DNA from: Candidatus Melainabacteria bacterium | GTDB lineage: Bacteria > Cyanobacteriota > Vampirovibrionia > LMEP-6097 | NCBI GenBank assembly: GCA_005110385.1 | Contig: DUDT01000006.1 | Span: 9,334 to 73,333, forward strand | Length of the DNA stretch: 64,000 nt | Direction: 5' to 3' | In this document: positions 38,704-48,169 of the stretch, in pieces | Layout: each line of letters starts with the position of its first letter | Numbering within the stretch: position 1 is the first letter of the stretch | Translations under genes and position numbers: made by a program | Notes under the pieces: model-generated | Told to the model about the DNA's origin: nothing | Database searches by the model: none | The model's input: only the letters and a program-made list of their open reading frames with translations

Positions 38704-39177
38704 TCAGCGTCTAAGATTCGTAATTTGTAAGCTAGGTAAGAATTTTTCTTTATTCTTTTTAGCTTTTCTTTTTGCTTGAAACTCGTTCCCCTTAGGGTAA
38801 CTATATGAACCTAAGCTCACAGTTTTTGTACTTACTGGAGCGAAATTTGCATCATAGGTTTTAATATCGGCAGTAATATTAACGGTAACTTCGGAATCTG
38901 TCTCAGTACGATCTTCTTTGTAATCATAGAGAACTAAGCCATAAGAATTAACTATTCCATAGTCAAATTCAGGATTTAAAATTAATTCTTTACCAGTTGC
39001 AGTTAAGCTTGGGAATTGATACTGCACTAAAACTTTGTCAGAATCACGTGTCTCAACGCTATAGGCTTGATTCTCATCGACTTCGATGCCATTACTCCAT
39101 GGGCTAATATAAGTTTGAGCATTAGCTACAGGGCAGACTAGAAAAGCAAAAAGACCAGTTAGTAATATTTTTTTCAT
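38704..39177 (-). CDS. Secreted hypothetical protein
   Basis: The start at ATG 39177 gives the signal peptide MKKILLTGLFAFLVCPVANAQ. The track start at 39228 adds a non-signal extension. Confidence 0.6.
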   Translation of the reverse strand: MKKILLTGLFAFLVCPVANAQTYISPWSNGIEVDENQAYSVETRDSDKVLVQYQFPSLTATGKELILNPEFDYGIVNSYGLVLYDYKEDRTETDSEVTVNITADIKTYDANFAPVSTKTVSLGSYSYPKGNEFQAKRKAKKNKEKFLPSLQITNLRR

Positions 39178-39501
39178 GTAAATTTCTCCTTTATCACACA
39201 AATCAGTTATTCCTAAAATTAAAGCCAAGAAAGAACCACCGTTAGAACTATATTTAAATATAATTATACTCTTTTGTCTTGAAAAGGGTTTAACTTGCTA
39301 GTTTTGAAAACGGTCGTTAAACACTATAAGGGGAGAGACCTAACTTGTTTTGAAATAGCTAGATAGGGAGATGATGAAGGGGAGATATTAAGCATGAGGG
39401 ATTGAGCTATTTTCATCAAGTTAGGCCTCTGTTATATCGGGGAGATATTATGTCTATACAAGGCAAGGTCAAGAAATTTTTTTATAGATTTTTAAAAATA
39501 A

Positions 39502-40053
39502 TTACGCGAGAGGTTGTGAGTTTACATTAGCAAAGCCATGCTCATCTAATTCTGATCTAGCGATAACCTTATCCTTGGCTATATCTACAAAAAGCTGACC
39601 GTTAAGATGATCTATTTCATGCTGAATGCACCTACAGAAAAGATCTTCTTCTGCACTCATCTCCTGTTCTAAGCCTTTTAGATCTTGAAATTTAAACTTG
39701 ATTTTTTTTGCTCTAGTGACATTAAAGAAAACCTCAGGGAAACTCAAACAGCCTTCAAAGCTCTCCATCTCACCTTCCATATATGTGATCTCTGGATTGA
39801 TCATTACAAGAGGATTTTTAGCTTTAGCTGGTTTTTCATTTTCGTATCTATCAGAGCTGTACTCAGTATCTACTACGATGATTCTTTGATTGACGCCGAT
39901 CTGAGGCGCTGCTAAACCTACACCATTTGCTGAATACATAGTCTGAATCATATCTTCAGCTAGCTTCGCTATGCGCTTGTCAAACTTTTTAACAGGAGTG
40001 GATTTTCTTCTTAAAACCTCTGAGCCATATTTGAAAATTTTCTTCTTAGTCAT
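39502..40053 (-). CDS. def: Peptide deformylase
   Basis: The three canonical motifs GVGLAAPQIG, EGCLSFP and QHEIDHLNG. Confidence 0.95.
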   Translation of the reverse strand: MTKKKIFKYGSEVLRRKSTPVKKFDKRIAKLAEDMIQTMYSANGVGLAAPQIGVNQRIIVVDTEYSSDRYENEKPAKAKNPLVMINPEITYMEGEMESFEGCLSFPEVFFNVTRAKKIKFKFQDLKGLEQEMSAEEDLFCRCIQHEIDHLNGQLFVDIAKDKVIARSELDEHGFANVNSQPLA

Positions 40054-40089
40054 AGTTAATTAAAATTCTGATGTATAGATATCTAAAAG

Positions 40090-40842
40090 CTAGACCCGAA
40101 TTAAGCTCCTGCCTAATTTAATACCACGTTTAGAATTTTTCAAAAAGTCGATTAGGTATTTAATTTCATCAAGAGGATTTAATTCGGCTTCGAGCTTTTC
40201 AATAATTTGTGGTAGGGATATGCCTGTTTTATAAATTATTTTAAATGCTTTAAAAATTTCATTAATAGTTTCAGTACTGAAATTATGTTTTTTTAAGCCA
40301 TGTCTGTTAACAGCAGCAGCGATAGCTGGTGTTAAGCCATACATAAAATAAGGTGGCATATCTTTACTGCTAGCGGACATTCCAGAGATCATGGAGTATT
40401 TACCCACTCTGCATCCTTGGTGTATAGCGGCTAGACCACCTATGGTTACGAAATCTTCTATTATTGAATGACCTGCGATTTGTACTGAGTTCGCTATGGT
40501 TACGTAATTTCCGACAGTAGCATTATGGGCTATGTGACTGTAAGTCATAATGTAATTATTATTACCAATGACAGTCTTAGCTCCCTCACCGACAGCTTTA
40601 TTAATGGTTACGAATTCACGAAGAGTATTATTATCACCGATTTCAATAGAACTGGTTTCACCTTTAAAACTGTAGTCCTGTGGAGCCTCGCCTATGACAG
40701 CGTAGGGGAATATTTTACAGTTAGAACCAATTTTAACTCCATCGCGGATAATAACGCCTTCACCAATCTCCGTACCTTCACCGATTTCTACTGACTTACC
40801 TATCATGGCAGATTTGGCAACGATAATAGTACTGGCTGTCAT
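40090..40842 (-). CDS. lpxA: Acyl-ACP--UDP-N-acetylglucosamine O-acyltransferase
   Basis: Left-handed beta-helix hexapeptide repeats followed by a helical C-terminal domain (VNRHGLKKHNFSTETINEIFKAFKIIY). Confidence 0.85.
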   Translation of the reverse strand: MTASTIIVAKSAMIGKSVEIGEGTEIGEGVIIRDGVKIGSNCKIFPYAVIGEAPQDYSFKGETSSIEIGDNNTLREFVTINKAVGEGAKTVIGNNNYIMTYSHIAHNATVGNYVTIANSVQIAGHSIIEDFVTIGGLAAIHQGCRVGKYSMISGMSASSKDMPPYFMYGLTPAIAAAVNRHGLKKHNFSTETINEIFKAFKIIYKTGISLPQIIEKLEAELNPLDEIKYLIDFLKNSKRGIKLGRSLIRV

Positions 40843-40868
40843 GGATTAAATCTCTTCCTTGCTAATAT

Positions 40869-41321
40869 TTATTTTAAGTTAAGTGACTGAACTTTTTCAG
40901 ATAATTGTCCAGAGCTTATATAGCCGACTCTATTTTCTATAGATTTTTTATCTTGGCTTACGAAATAGGTAATGGGTATTAATCCAACTTTAAGTTCTTT
41001 AATTAAGGCAGAGTATTCCTTCTGATCAACATTAACTTCATAGAAATCTACATTTGCATCTTTTAATGATGCCTTTGCCGCAGCGTACTGTGGCTGATAG
41101 TCCCTGCAAGTACCACACCAATCAGCGTAAAATTTAATCACAGCGACTCTTTTTGAGCCTTTAGAATCTAGGAATTTCTGTAATTCAGTCTTAGGGTGGT
41201 TTTCTTTGGAGATAGCAGTGTCAGTTCCAGAACTTTTACTTTCTAGAGAAGAGCAGCTAGTTAAAGTAAAAATCAAGAAAGAAGAACTTAAAAGAAAAAA
41301 ATAAGATAAAAACTTTTTCAT
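40869..41321 (-). CDS. Thioredoxin-fold lipoprotein (thiol:disulfide oxidoreductase)
   Basis: Lipobox LTSC and the CxxC motif WCGTC. Confidence 0.75.
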   Translation of the reverse strand: MKKFLSYFFLLSSSFLIFTLTSCSSLESKSSGTDTAISKENHPKTELQKFLDSKGSKRVAVIKFYADWCGTCRDYQPQYAAAKASLKDANVDFYEVNVDQKEYSALIKELKVGLIPITYFVSQDKKSIENRVGYISSGQLSEKVQSLNLK

Positions 41322-41353
41322 AGTGATTTTTAATTATAATAGACTTCATCATT

Positions 41354-41773
41354 ATGCTACGAAGCAGTATTTTTATTTTAGTTTTATTAATTACTCCATT
41401 GCTGATTCTCGGAGCCTCTGCTGAAGAAATAGTTCAGGTTATTAATAAAAAATCTTGTGCTTTAAGTAGATCACTGAGTCTTTCTGAAGTAAAGGATCAT
41501 GCAGGAATTATTTTTTCAGGCAGGTTTATTAATTCAGAGGCGGTCGAGGATAGCGGCTCCCTGAAGCGAATCGCTCTTAAATTTATAGTTAAAGAGCCGA
41601 TTAAGGGACTTAATTCTTCAGTAAATGAGTTAACTCTTTATCAGTGGGCTAATTTAGAGAATCATTTTCTAGAACTTGATAAGAATAAAGATTATACTTT
41701 TTGTTTTTACGCTCCTAGTCCTAATTCTGGGCTTTCTTCCTTGGTTGGTGGAAAGCAGGGAATACTTCCGTAA
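41354..41773 (+). CDS. Secreted hypothetical protein
   Basis: Signal peptide ...LLILGASAEE; no known motif. Confidence 0.5.
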   Translation: MLRSSIFILVLLITPLLILGASAEEIVQVINKKSCALSRSLSLSEVKDHAGIIFSGRFINSEAVEDSGSLKRIALKFIVKEPIKGLNSSVNELTLYQWANLENHFLELDKNKDYTFCFYAPSPNSGLSSLVGGKQGILP

Positions 41774-41796
41774 AATCAGCTATAATGATAAGTATT

Positions 41797-42114
41797 ATGG
41801 CAACAGAAGTTAATGATGTTAATTTTGACACGGAGGTAATTAACTCAGATTTACCTGTACTTGTAGATTTTTGGGCTCCTTGGTGTGGTCCTTGTAGAGC
41901 TTTAGCTCCAGTTATAGATCAGCTAGCAGAGGAATACTCTGGTAAAGCTAAGATCGTAAAGCTTAATACTGATGATAATCCTAATATTGCTGTTCAGTTT
42001 AGAATTAATAGTATTCCGACTATGATTCTTTTTAAAGATAAAAAACCAGTAGATATGCTTGTAGGAGCATTATCTAAGGAAAAAATCCAAGAAGCTATTG
42101 ATAAGTTAATTTAA
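41797..42114 (+). CDS. trxA: Thioredoxin
   Basis: WAPWCGPCR active site and about 105 aa from ATG 41797. The stop TAA at 42112-42114 spans the IS junction. Confidence 0.95.
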   Translation: MATEVNDVNFDTEVINSDLPVLVDFWAPWCGPCRALAPVIDQLAEEYSGKAKIVKLNTDDNPNIAVQFRINSIPTMILFKDKKPVDMLVGALSKEKIQEAIDKLI

Positions 42115-43168
42115 ACTGCCCCCATTAATTTCTCCTACAAGTCAAGCCTAAATCACTGACAGCGAAGCATTTCCCTGATTTCAAATCAAATTCCTCATAC
42201 GAAGTGGAGCCTTATCTATGACTAGGTTATGAAAGTAGGCGTAGATATAGAGTATATGTTCTAACATATGAATTCTTTTAGTAGTACACCAAGTACGCCT
42301 ACTTAGCCTTTTAACATTATCCCTGATCATGGCACAGCTGTGATTTAGAGCGAAAAGAGGATCTCTACCAGAAGCTTTAAGTTCACCTTGACCCACTATA
42401 CAACCCCTTTTTCCCTTAAAAGCAAAATGTTCGTACTTTGAAAATAACTCCTTCAGTATATTTGGATAACAAGTAGCCTGATCTGAAGAAAATAAAATAT
42501 TCTTATCTCTATATCGCCTAATATACATAAGCATTTCTTTGATTTTTTTCTTTTTTTCTGATTCCCTAAATCCATATTTTTTAAAAGCAATCGCGGTTAA
42601 TTTCTTCTTAGGAGGTATTTTACCCACGCTTAAGGACAGTATTTTACGGTTCTTTGGATTAACTGCTAAAGGAATAGTTAATGGCTTGCATTTAGAATGC
42701 TCAAAGGTCTCCATTTCATCAAAAAATACTTCACTAAGATCTTCTGTTCTTCTAGTTTTCTCTAGATGTTCTCTAGCTTTAAAACCATATTTCTTTATCC
42801 TTACAGCTACTGTAGTTTGTTTAATGTTAAGTATCTGCGCAATTCCTCTTTGTGATACCCCTTTGCAGATTAATTTAAATACTGTTTGGTTCAGATAACG
42901 CTTTCTGAGGCGGTAGTCATAGCTGAAAGTCTGCTGTGAAAAGGATTTCCTGCATTTTTTACAGTAATATTTTTGAATTATTTTTCTATCTGATTTTCTC
43001 TCGAAAAATCCACGTCGAATCACACTTCCCCTAGCTTTACATATTAAACACTCCCCAAGAACATCTACTCTCTCTTTCATTCATAATATTTTCACCCCTT
43101 ACATAACTTGTTTTTTAGGGGTCATTTTTCCCCAGATTTATTTAAGTGAAGTTAATTGGGGCAGTTTT
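42113..43168 (-). mobile_element. IS1-family insertion sequence (single-ORF type), apparently intact
   Basis: Imperfect terminal IRs AAACTGCCCCCATTAA (42113-42128) and TTAATTGGGGCAGTTTT (43152-43168). Flanking direct repeat AGTTAATTT(AA) at 42104-42112(14) and 43169-43177(79). Confidence 0.75.
42181..43080 (-). CDS. IS1-family transposase (zinc finger + HTH + DDE)
   Basis: N-terminal CxxC...CxxC (CLICKARG...YYCKKCRKSF) and HTH RGIAQILNIKQTTV. FFDEMETFEHSK...LAVNPKNRKILSLSVG resembles the IS1 DEQW...D..tr.i....G pattern. Confidence 0.8.
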   Translation of the reverse strand: MKERVDVLGECLICKARGSVIRRGFFERKSDRKIIQKYYCKKCRKSFSQQTFSYDYRLRKRYLNQTVFKLICKGVSQRGIAQILNIKQTTVAVRIKKYGFKAREHLEKTRRTEDLSEVFFDEMETFEHSKCKPLTIPLAVNPKNRKILSLSVGKIPPKKKLTAIAFKKYGFRESEKKKKIKEMLMYIRRYRDKNILFSSDQATCYPNILKELFSKYEHFAFKGKRGCIVGQGELKASGRDPLFALNHSCAMIRDNVKRLSRRTWCTTKRIHMLEHILYIYAYFHNLVIDKAPLRMRNLI

Positions 43169-43175
43169 AGTTAAT

Positions 43176-43586
43176 TTAAGAGTTGAGTTTAGCTAATATT
43201 TTTTCTGAGCTTGATTTCATTTCATCTACTTTTTCTAATAGCTTATATTTAGAGTCATAGATTTTATTAATTAGTTTACGTTTTTCATAATCAAAATTAT
43301 CAAAAAGATCATCTTTTTTTCGACCTAATTGATATTTTTGCGTACTGAGAAACTTTCTAAACTCCTGTTTAAGAAAATATTTCAGCATATTCTGATTTTC
43401 TTTGATGCTATAGAATTTCCAGTATTGCCTTATTACGAAGATATAATAATCTAATTTACTTTTCATGTTAGTGAAACTTGATCTATTTTGTTGTAGGCAA
43501 GAAAATAGGGTGGAACTTGTAAGAGTCAATGCGGAATTAATAAAGCGAGTGATTATGTCAAGAAAGCTAGTGGGGCTTGTTTGCAT
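43176..43586 (-). CDS. Hypothetical protein
   Basis: 136-aa ORF, K/Y/F-rich, with no motif. Coding status is uncertain. Confidence 0.4.
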   Translation of the reverse strand: MQTSPTSFLDIITRFINSALTLTSSTLFSCLQQNRSSFTNMKSKLDYYIFVIRQYWKFYSIKENQNMLKYFLKQEFRKFLSTQKYQLGRKKDDLFDNFDYEKRKLINKIYDSKYKLLEKVDEMKSSSEKILAKLNS

Positions 43587-43622
43587 ATAAATATTAAATA
43601 ATTATTGTAACAGGCTTAAGAT

Positions 43623-43642
43623 AAAAAGCAAGTTTGCTTTTA
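43623..43642 (-). terminator. Rho-independent terminator candidate
   Basis: AAAAAGCA-AGTT-TGCTTTT. On the minus strand the stem is followed by TTTTTAT. It lies just downstream of the 43682..44329 gene. Confidence 0.5.
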
Positions 43643-43681
43643 TTAGTTTTTGTTTATTTTTCAATTTAATTACAGTCTTTA

Positions 43682-44329
43682 TTATGCAGTTATAAGAGTT
43701 ACCTCATTAGTAGGGAGTGCTGCTCTTAAACCACTGTTAATACGATTAGTGGTATCTCTCAATGTTTTTGCTATGCCACTTACATAATCAGTTTTCAGGT
43801 TTTTCGCTTCGATCTGCTGTATGAAATTTTGAGTTGCTAGTAATTTAGAAACTATGTTCGTACCGTTAGCATTATCAAGATTAAATTTGGAGCCATTTTC
43901 CTGATATTTTAATTTCCAAGCACTTTCGAGTTTATTTAGTTCATCTTCAAGCACTTTTTTCTGTTTGCTATCTAAAGCTGTGCTAGTTCTAACCGTGTTC
44001 TTTACTTCGTCTGATAATTGGGTTAAACCTGCATCATTTGTAATTTCTGTAACGCGGTTCCTTATTGATTTAGCACTTAAATTATTAGGATCTAAGCCAA
44101 GTTGATTTGCAAATTCTTTAATATCGCCTTGGACTCTTTGAATCTGAAGATCTTGAGAAGTATCTTTTTGTCTTTGGTTGCCCTGGTTGGTTTTTATATC
44201 GTGAGTGTTTTGATAGATTGTTTTGTCTTGATCTTTATCATAACCTCTGGGATTTCCGGTCATCGACTCATATTTTTTTTGCAGTTCCTGAAGTCTATCA
44301 TTAAACCAGCCACCTATATTAAAACCCAT
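43682..44329 (-). CDS. Hypothetical protein
   Basis: 215-aa ORF, Q/N/K-rich, with no signal peptide and no motif. Confidence 0.55.
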   Translation of the reverse strand: MGFNIGGWFNDRLQELQKKYESMTGNPRGYDKDQDKTIYQNTHDIKTNQGNQRQKDTSQDLQIQRVQGDIKEFANQLGLDPNNLSAKSIRNRVTEITNDAGLTQLSDEVKNTVRTSTALDSKQKKVLEDELNKLESAWKLKYQENGSKFNLDNANGTNIVSKLLATQNFIQQIEAKNLKTDYVSGIAKTLRDTTNRINSGLRAALPTNEVTLITA

Positions 44330-44505
44330 GCTATTTTGTCCTTTTTTAATCTTGCATTCTCACTTTAGTCGCAGCTAAACCTGATTTAGTCTTGGTTATC
44401 GCTTGAATTAATCTGTGCTTAACTTTATAAGGGAATAATGTTGGTTTTTTTGATATCTTATCTTAAAAATAGTATTTACTTAATAAAAATTATACACTAT
44501 TAAAT

Positions 44506-45720
44506 ATGGAAGTACTTAAAAAAGTGGCGATAATCGGCTCTGGTGTCTGTGGGGCTTATCTGGCTTATTCACTCGCTGTTAAATATGAGGTTTATGTATT
44601 TGAGAAAGCTCGCGGGCTTGGTGGCAGGTCAGCATCGAAAAGACAAGGTGAGACTAGTTTTGATTATGGAGTATCTTACTTTAGTATTCACGATTCAGAT
44701 CTAAAAAGCTTTTTAACAGATTCTTTGTTTCATGAAAATATTGAATTGGTAGATAGAAAAGTTGTTAAATTAGACCGTAACGATAAGGAGATTTCAGGGA
44801 ATCGAATCCTAGTTTCTGAAGGGACTGCTAGCAAAAACGTAGAAAGTGGTGTTTGGGAACAGTCCACTGAAGCACTTTTCGTATCTAAGCCTTATGGCAA
44901 TTCTTTTGCTAAGGCACTTTTAAAAGATATTAAAAATATTTTTTTGGAAACTAGGATTCAGGGTGTTGTAAAAAAATCTGTCGTGGGAAGTGGACTTCTG
45001 CAGCAGAATTTACAAGATGACTTTAAATATAAGCTGATTTTAGAGAATGCTGCTGAATTTGATGTAGATTTTGACATAATAATTTCGACGGCTCCAGCCG
45101 CCCAGTCCGCAGCGATTTATGCGAATTACGATGATTTAGTAAAAGGCTTATCTACAGTGAAATATAACCCTGCTTTTGTTTTAATGTTTTCTTTAAAGCA
45201 GGCAGCAGCCGTGTTTTCATCCCCTGCGGTATCAGAGTCCATATCTAAAATACGAGATGCAGATATTTTAAAAATCAAAAATTCTATTATAGAAGAAATA
45301 ATTTTTAATCATAAAAAGCCTCTGCGAGATTCTAATACACCTGCTTTTGTTATCAAAGCTTCTAAATCTTTTACGGAAAATAATTTAGAAATGGAACATG
45401 CTTTGATTGAAGAAGCTTTATTGAATGAATTTTTCTCAATAATGGGATTTGATTCAGATTCTATACCAGAGCTGGGTTTTAAGCATTTACATCGCTGGTT
45501 ATATTCGACTCCTAGTAATACTGTTAAAGAATATGCAGATTTGAGACCGAGGAATTTAAATGACCGTAATATGATTTCTCGCGAGGATAATTCTGAGAGC
45601 TTGTTTTTAAAAGCGGAGAATGAGGAAATTTACGCTGTTGGGGATTATATTTTAGGCTCTTTGGGGGTAGAAGCTAGCCTCTTGAGTGCTAGAGCTTTAG
45701 CTCGAATCTTGTGCGTGTAG
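44506..45720 (+). CDS. NAD(P)/FAD-dependent oxidoreductase (renalase-like, tentative)
   Basis: N-terminal dinucleotide fold VAIIGSGVCGAYLAYSL...FEKARGLGGR and C-terminal AVGDY. Confidence 0.65.
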   Translation: MEVLKKVAIIGSGVCGAYLAYSLAVKYEVYVFEKARGLGGRSASKRQGETSFDYGVSYFSIHDSDLKSFLTDSLFHENIELVDRKVVKLDRNDKEISGNRILVSEGTASKNVESGVWEQSTEALFVSKPYGNSFAKALLKDIKNIFLETRIQGVVKKSVVGSGLLQQNLQDDFKYKLILENAAEFDVDFDIIISTAPAAQSAAIYANYDDLVKGLSTVKYNPAFVLMFSLKQAAAVFSSPAVSESISKIRDADILKIKNSIIEEIIFNHKKPLRDSNTPAFVIKASKSFTENNLEMEHALIEEALLNEFFSIMGFDSDSIPELGFKHLHRWLYSTPSNTVKEYADLRPRNLNDRNMISREDNSESLFLKAENEEIYAVGDYILGSLGVEASLLSARALARILCV

Positions 45721-45822
45721 CCGAACGAACAAGTTCAAGTACACGCCCATCTTGAATTTTTCCTAAACATTAAGGTGGTATTCCCCCAATTCATACTCGC
45801 CTATTGTAAAATTGTTAATACT

Positions 45823-46809
45823 ATGTCTATTATGGCTCGCTCAGTGATTGATAAAACAGCTGAGAAACAAGAAATATTTAATCAGATTCGTGCTTTAGCG
45901 AAAGAAAAAAATGCGGTTATACTGACGCATATTTATCAGAGATTAGAGGTGCAGAGGGTTGCAGATTTCGTTGGTGATTCTTTAATGCTATCTAAGAAGG
46001 CAGAAGCTACTGATGCTGATTTAATTGCTTTTTGTGGTGTGCATTTTATGGCAGAGACGGCTAAATTGCTTAATCCTAAAAAGAAAGTTCTGCTACCAGA
46101 TATCCAATCTGGCTGCCCTATGGCAGATATGATTAATGTTGATGATTTGAGAGCCTTTAAAAAAGAGCATGCTGGGGCTTCAGTGGTTTGTTATATAAAT
46201 AGCTCTGCTGCGGTAAAAGCAGAATCTGATATTTGCTGCACTAGCACTAATGCAGTCGACATAGTAGAGTCTTTGAGTGAAAAAGAAGTTATCTTTGTGC
46301 CAGATAAAGGTCTGGGTGAGTGGGTTCAGCTTAATCTACCAGATAAAAAACTACATATCTATGATGGTTTCTGTCCTACGCACTGGCAGATAACTCCACT
46401 TGAAGTAGATAAGCAGAGGGAAAAATTACCTAATGCGATTATAGTTGCTCACCCTGAGTGTAATCCAGAGGTTTGGCGTAAGGCTGATTTCGTAGGCAGT
46501 ACTTCTGCGATTTATAATTTCGTGAAAGATCATACGGCAACTCAGTTCGTTATACTTTCTGAGCAAGGCTTAGTAGCTAGAATGCAAGCTGATATTCCAG
46601 AAAAAGAGATTACCACAGTGTTTCCACTACCTCTTTGCCCTAATATGAAATATCATAGCTTAGAGAACCTTTATCTAGGTATTAAAGAAGAGTTTACTGA
46701 GATTAAAATCCCCGATGAGATTATAGAGCCAGCTAGACTTACGATTGAGCGTATGCTTGAGATTAGTAATAGGAAGAAGACTTGGTCTGGGCCTGTCAAT
46801 CAGGGCTAA
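45823..46809 (+). CDS. nadA: Quinolinate synthase
   Basis: AHYYQ-like THIYQ, VADFVGDSL, FCGVHFMAETAK, the PD..GCPMA cysteine, and AHPEC. I prefer the start at ATG 45823. Confidence 0.9.
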   Translation: MSIMARSVIDKTAEKQEIFNQIRALAKEKNAVILTHIYQRLEVQRVADFVGDSLMLSKKAEATDADLIAFCGVHFMAETAKLLNPKKKVLLPDIQSGCPMADMINVDDLRAFKKEHAGASVVCYINSSAAVKAESDICCTSTNAVDIVESLSEKEVIFVPDKGLGEWVQLNLPDKKLHIYDGFCPTHWQITPLEVDKQREKLPNAIIVAHPECNPEVWRKADFVGSTSAIYNFVKDHTATQFVILSEQGLVARMQADIPEKEITTVFPLPLCPNMKYHSLENLYLGIKEEFTEIKIPDEIIEPARLTIERMLEISNRKKTWSGPVNQG

Positions 46810-46831
46810 AGGACGCGTAGCGAAACTCTAA

Positions 46832-46973
46832 TTTCTGCGTTTTCGTCGTCCTCATGATCCTCATGTAAGCTTGATAAATCAAGCTTGTATTTCCGCTTGC
46901 TCGCATATGACATTAATGTCGCATGCTCGGCATCGCTGGAAATTACTCGCAGTACACTGCGGTCATTCGTCCT
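46832..46973 (+). repeat. Degenerate/nested copy (A) of the GC-rich repeat family
   Basis: The left arm 46832-46867 and right arm 46953-46973 match the internal arms of copies B and C. The terminal IRs are absent, and an 85-bp insert of nested palindromes replaces the 7-nt centre. Confidence 0.65.
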
Positions 46974-47421
46974 TCGGAGTAGTTCTAGAGAAAATAATAT
47001 CTAGTATGTAAAAAAATAAACCAATATTCAGGAAAACATCTGCTAGATTGAATATGGCAAAATTAATAAAAATAGGGTTTATAAAATCAGTTACGAATCC
47101 AAAGATGTATCTGTCTAATAAATTAGAAAACGCGCCCGCGAAGATAAATATGAGAAATACAGGTGGCTGTGCTTCTTTGAGAAAATAGAATAGAATCCCA
47201 AGATTAATAATGCTGATAAGTATAGTAAGAATGAGTGGGTGGCTCGCTAAGAAACTAAAAGCCATGCCAGTATTTTCTGCATATTTAAACTCTAAAAACG
47301 ATGGAATGAAATCAGTTCTAATAGCGGGTCTTAAATATTCACGAGCCCAAAACTTGGAAAGCTGGTCTATTAGAACAAGAAATAAAATTAATATACTGGA
47401 TATTTTTTTAGATAAAAACAC
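46963..47421 (-). CDS. lspA: Lipoprotein signal peptidase (signal peptidase II)
   Basis: DQLSKFWA, NTGMAFSF, NLLDR and FNLAD motifs. The last codons and the stop lie inside repeat copy A. Confidence 0.85.
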   Translation of the reverse strand: MFLSKKISSILILFLVLIDQLSKFWAREYLRPAIRTDFIPSFLEFKYAENTGMAFSFLASHPLILTILISIINLGILFYFLKEAQPPVFLIFIFAGAFSNLLDRYIFGFVTDFINPIFINFAIFNLADVFLNIGLFFYILDIIFSRTTPKDE

Positions 47422-47437
47422 TATTTAGATAATTATT

Positions 47438-48136
47438 CTATTTTTTGGCTTTTTTATCTTTAATTTTTTTCTCAGCTTCTTTGGCTTTCGCTTTTGTTTG
47501 CATGCTTTTAGCTCTGGTTCTCATTTCAGCTAAGCTCTGTAATGCTCCCACTGCACCTTTTCCTTGGAGTTTCGCTGAAGCAAAAGCTGAGCAGGCTTGG
47601 TGTAGTAGCGATGCTGTAATCATAGAGTATTTAGTACTGCGTCTCTGTATAGTTCCCCAGATAATTAGTCCAGTAAATAAAACTCCTAAGATTAGGTTCC
47701 TGAGAACCGCGGGATTAGTAAAATTAAAAGGTCCAGAAAAGAAGCTCATAATGATTACAGTAAGCAGCCCCGCAAGCCCTAATAAATAAGGAATCATTTT
47801 AATTATGGATGTTTTCTGTAAATTCTGGGCACGTTTCATGGCTATCTCACTCATAGATAGTGAGACTTGAGAGCTGATTTTATCTCTATCCATACGTTTA
47901 ATAGACTCATAAATTATTTTGTCGCTAGGATCTTCACTGGTAACCTGCTTTAAAAATCGCTGAATCGCCTTTATAGTGCCGAACTCTTTGGCATTTTCTT
48001 TAACCTGTCTTAGAATGCCATTCGCAAAATTATCAATTAGCTGATAAGCTTTATCTTCAGATGATTTATCTATGCTTAAATCTGGTCTCTGAAAGCTTGT
48101 TTTGTTCTTTTGCATTGCGCTGTTTCTCATAATCAA
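47438..48136 (-). CDS. Hypothetical membrane protein with a Lys-rich tail
   Basis: Two clear hydrophobic segments and a C-terminal KAKAKEAEKKIKDKKAKK. Confidence 0.55.
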   Translation of the reverse strand: MIMRNSAMQKNKTSFQRPDLSIDKSSEDKAYQLIDNFANGILRQVKENAKEFGTIKAIQRFLKQVTSEDPSDKIIYESIKRMDRDKISSQVSLSMSEIAMKRAQNLQKTSIIKMIPYLLGLAGLLTVIIMSFFSGPFNFTNPAVLRNLILGVLFTGLIIWGTIQRRSTKYSMITASLLHQACSAFASAKLQGKGAVGALQSLAEMRTRAKSMQTKAKAKEAEKKIKDKKAKK

Positions 48137-48169
48137 TTAAAATTTATCTACTAAGCTTAGCAAATCCAC

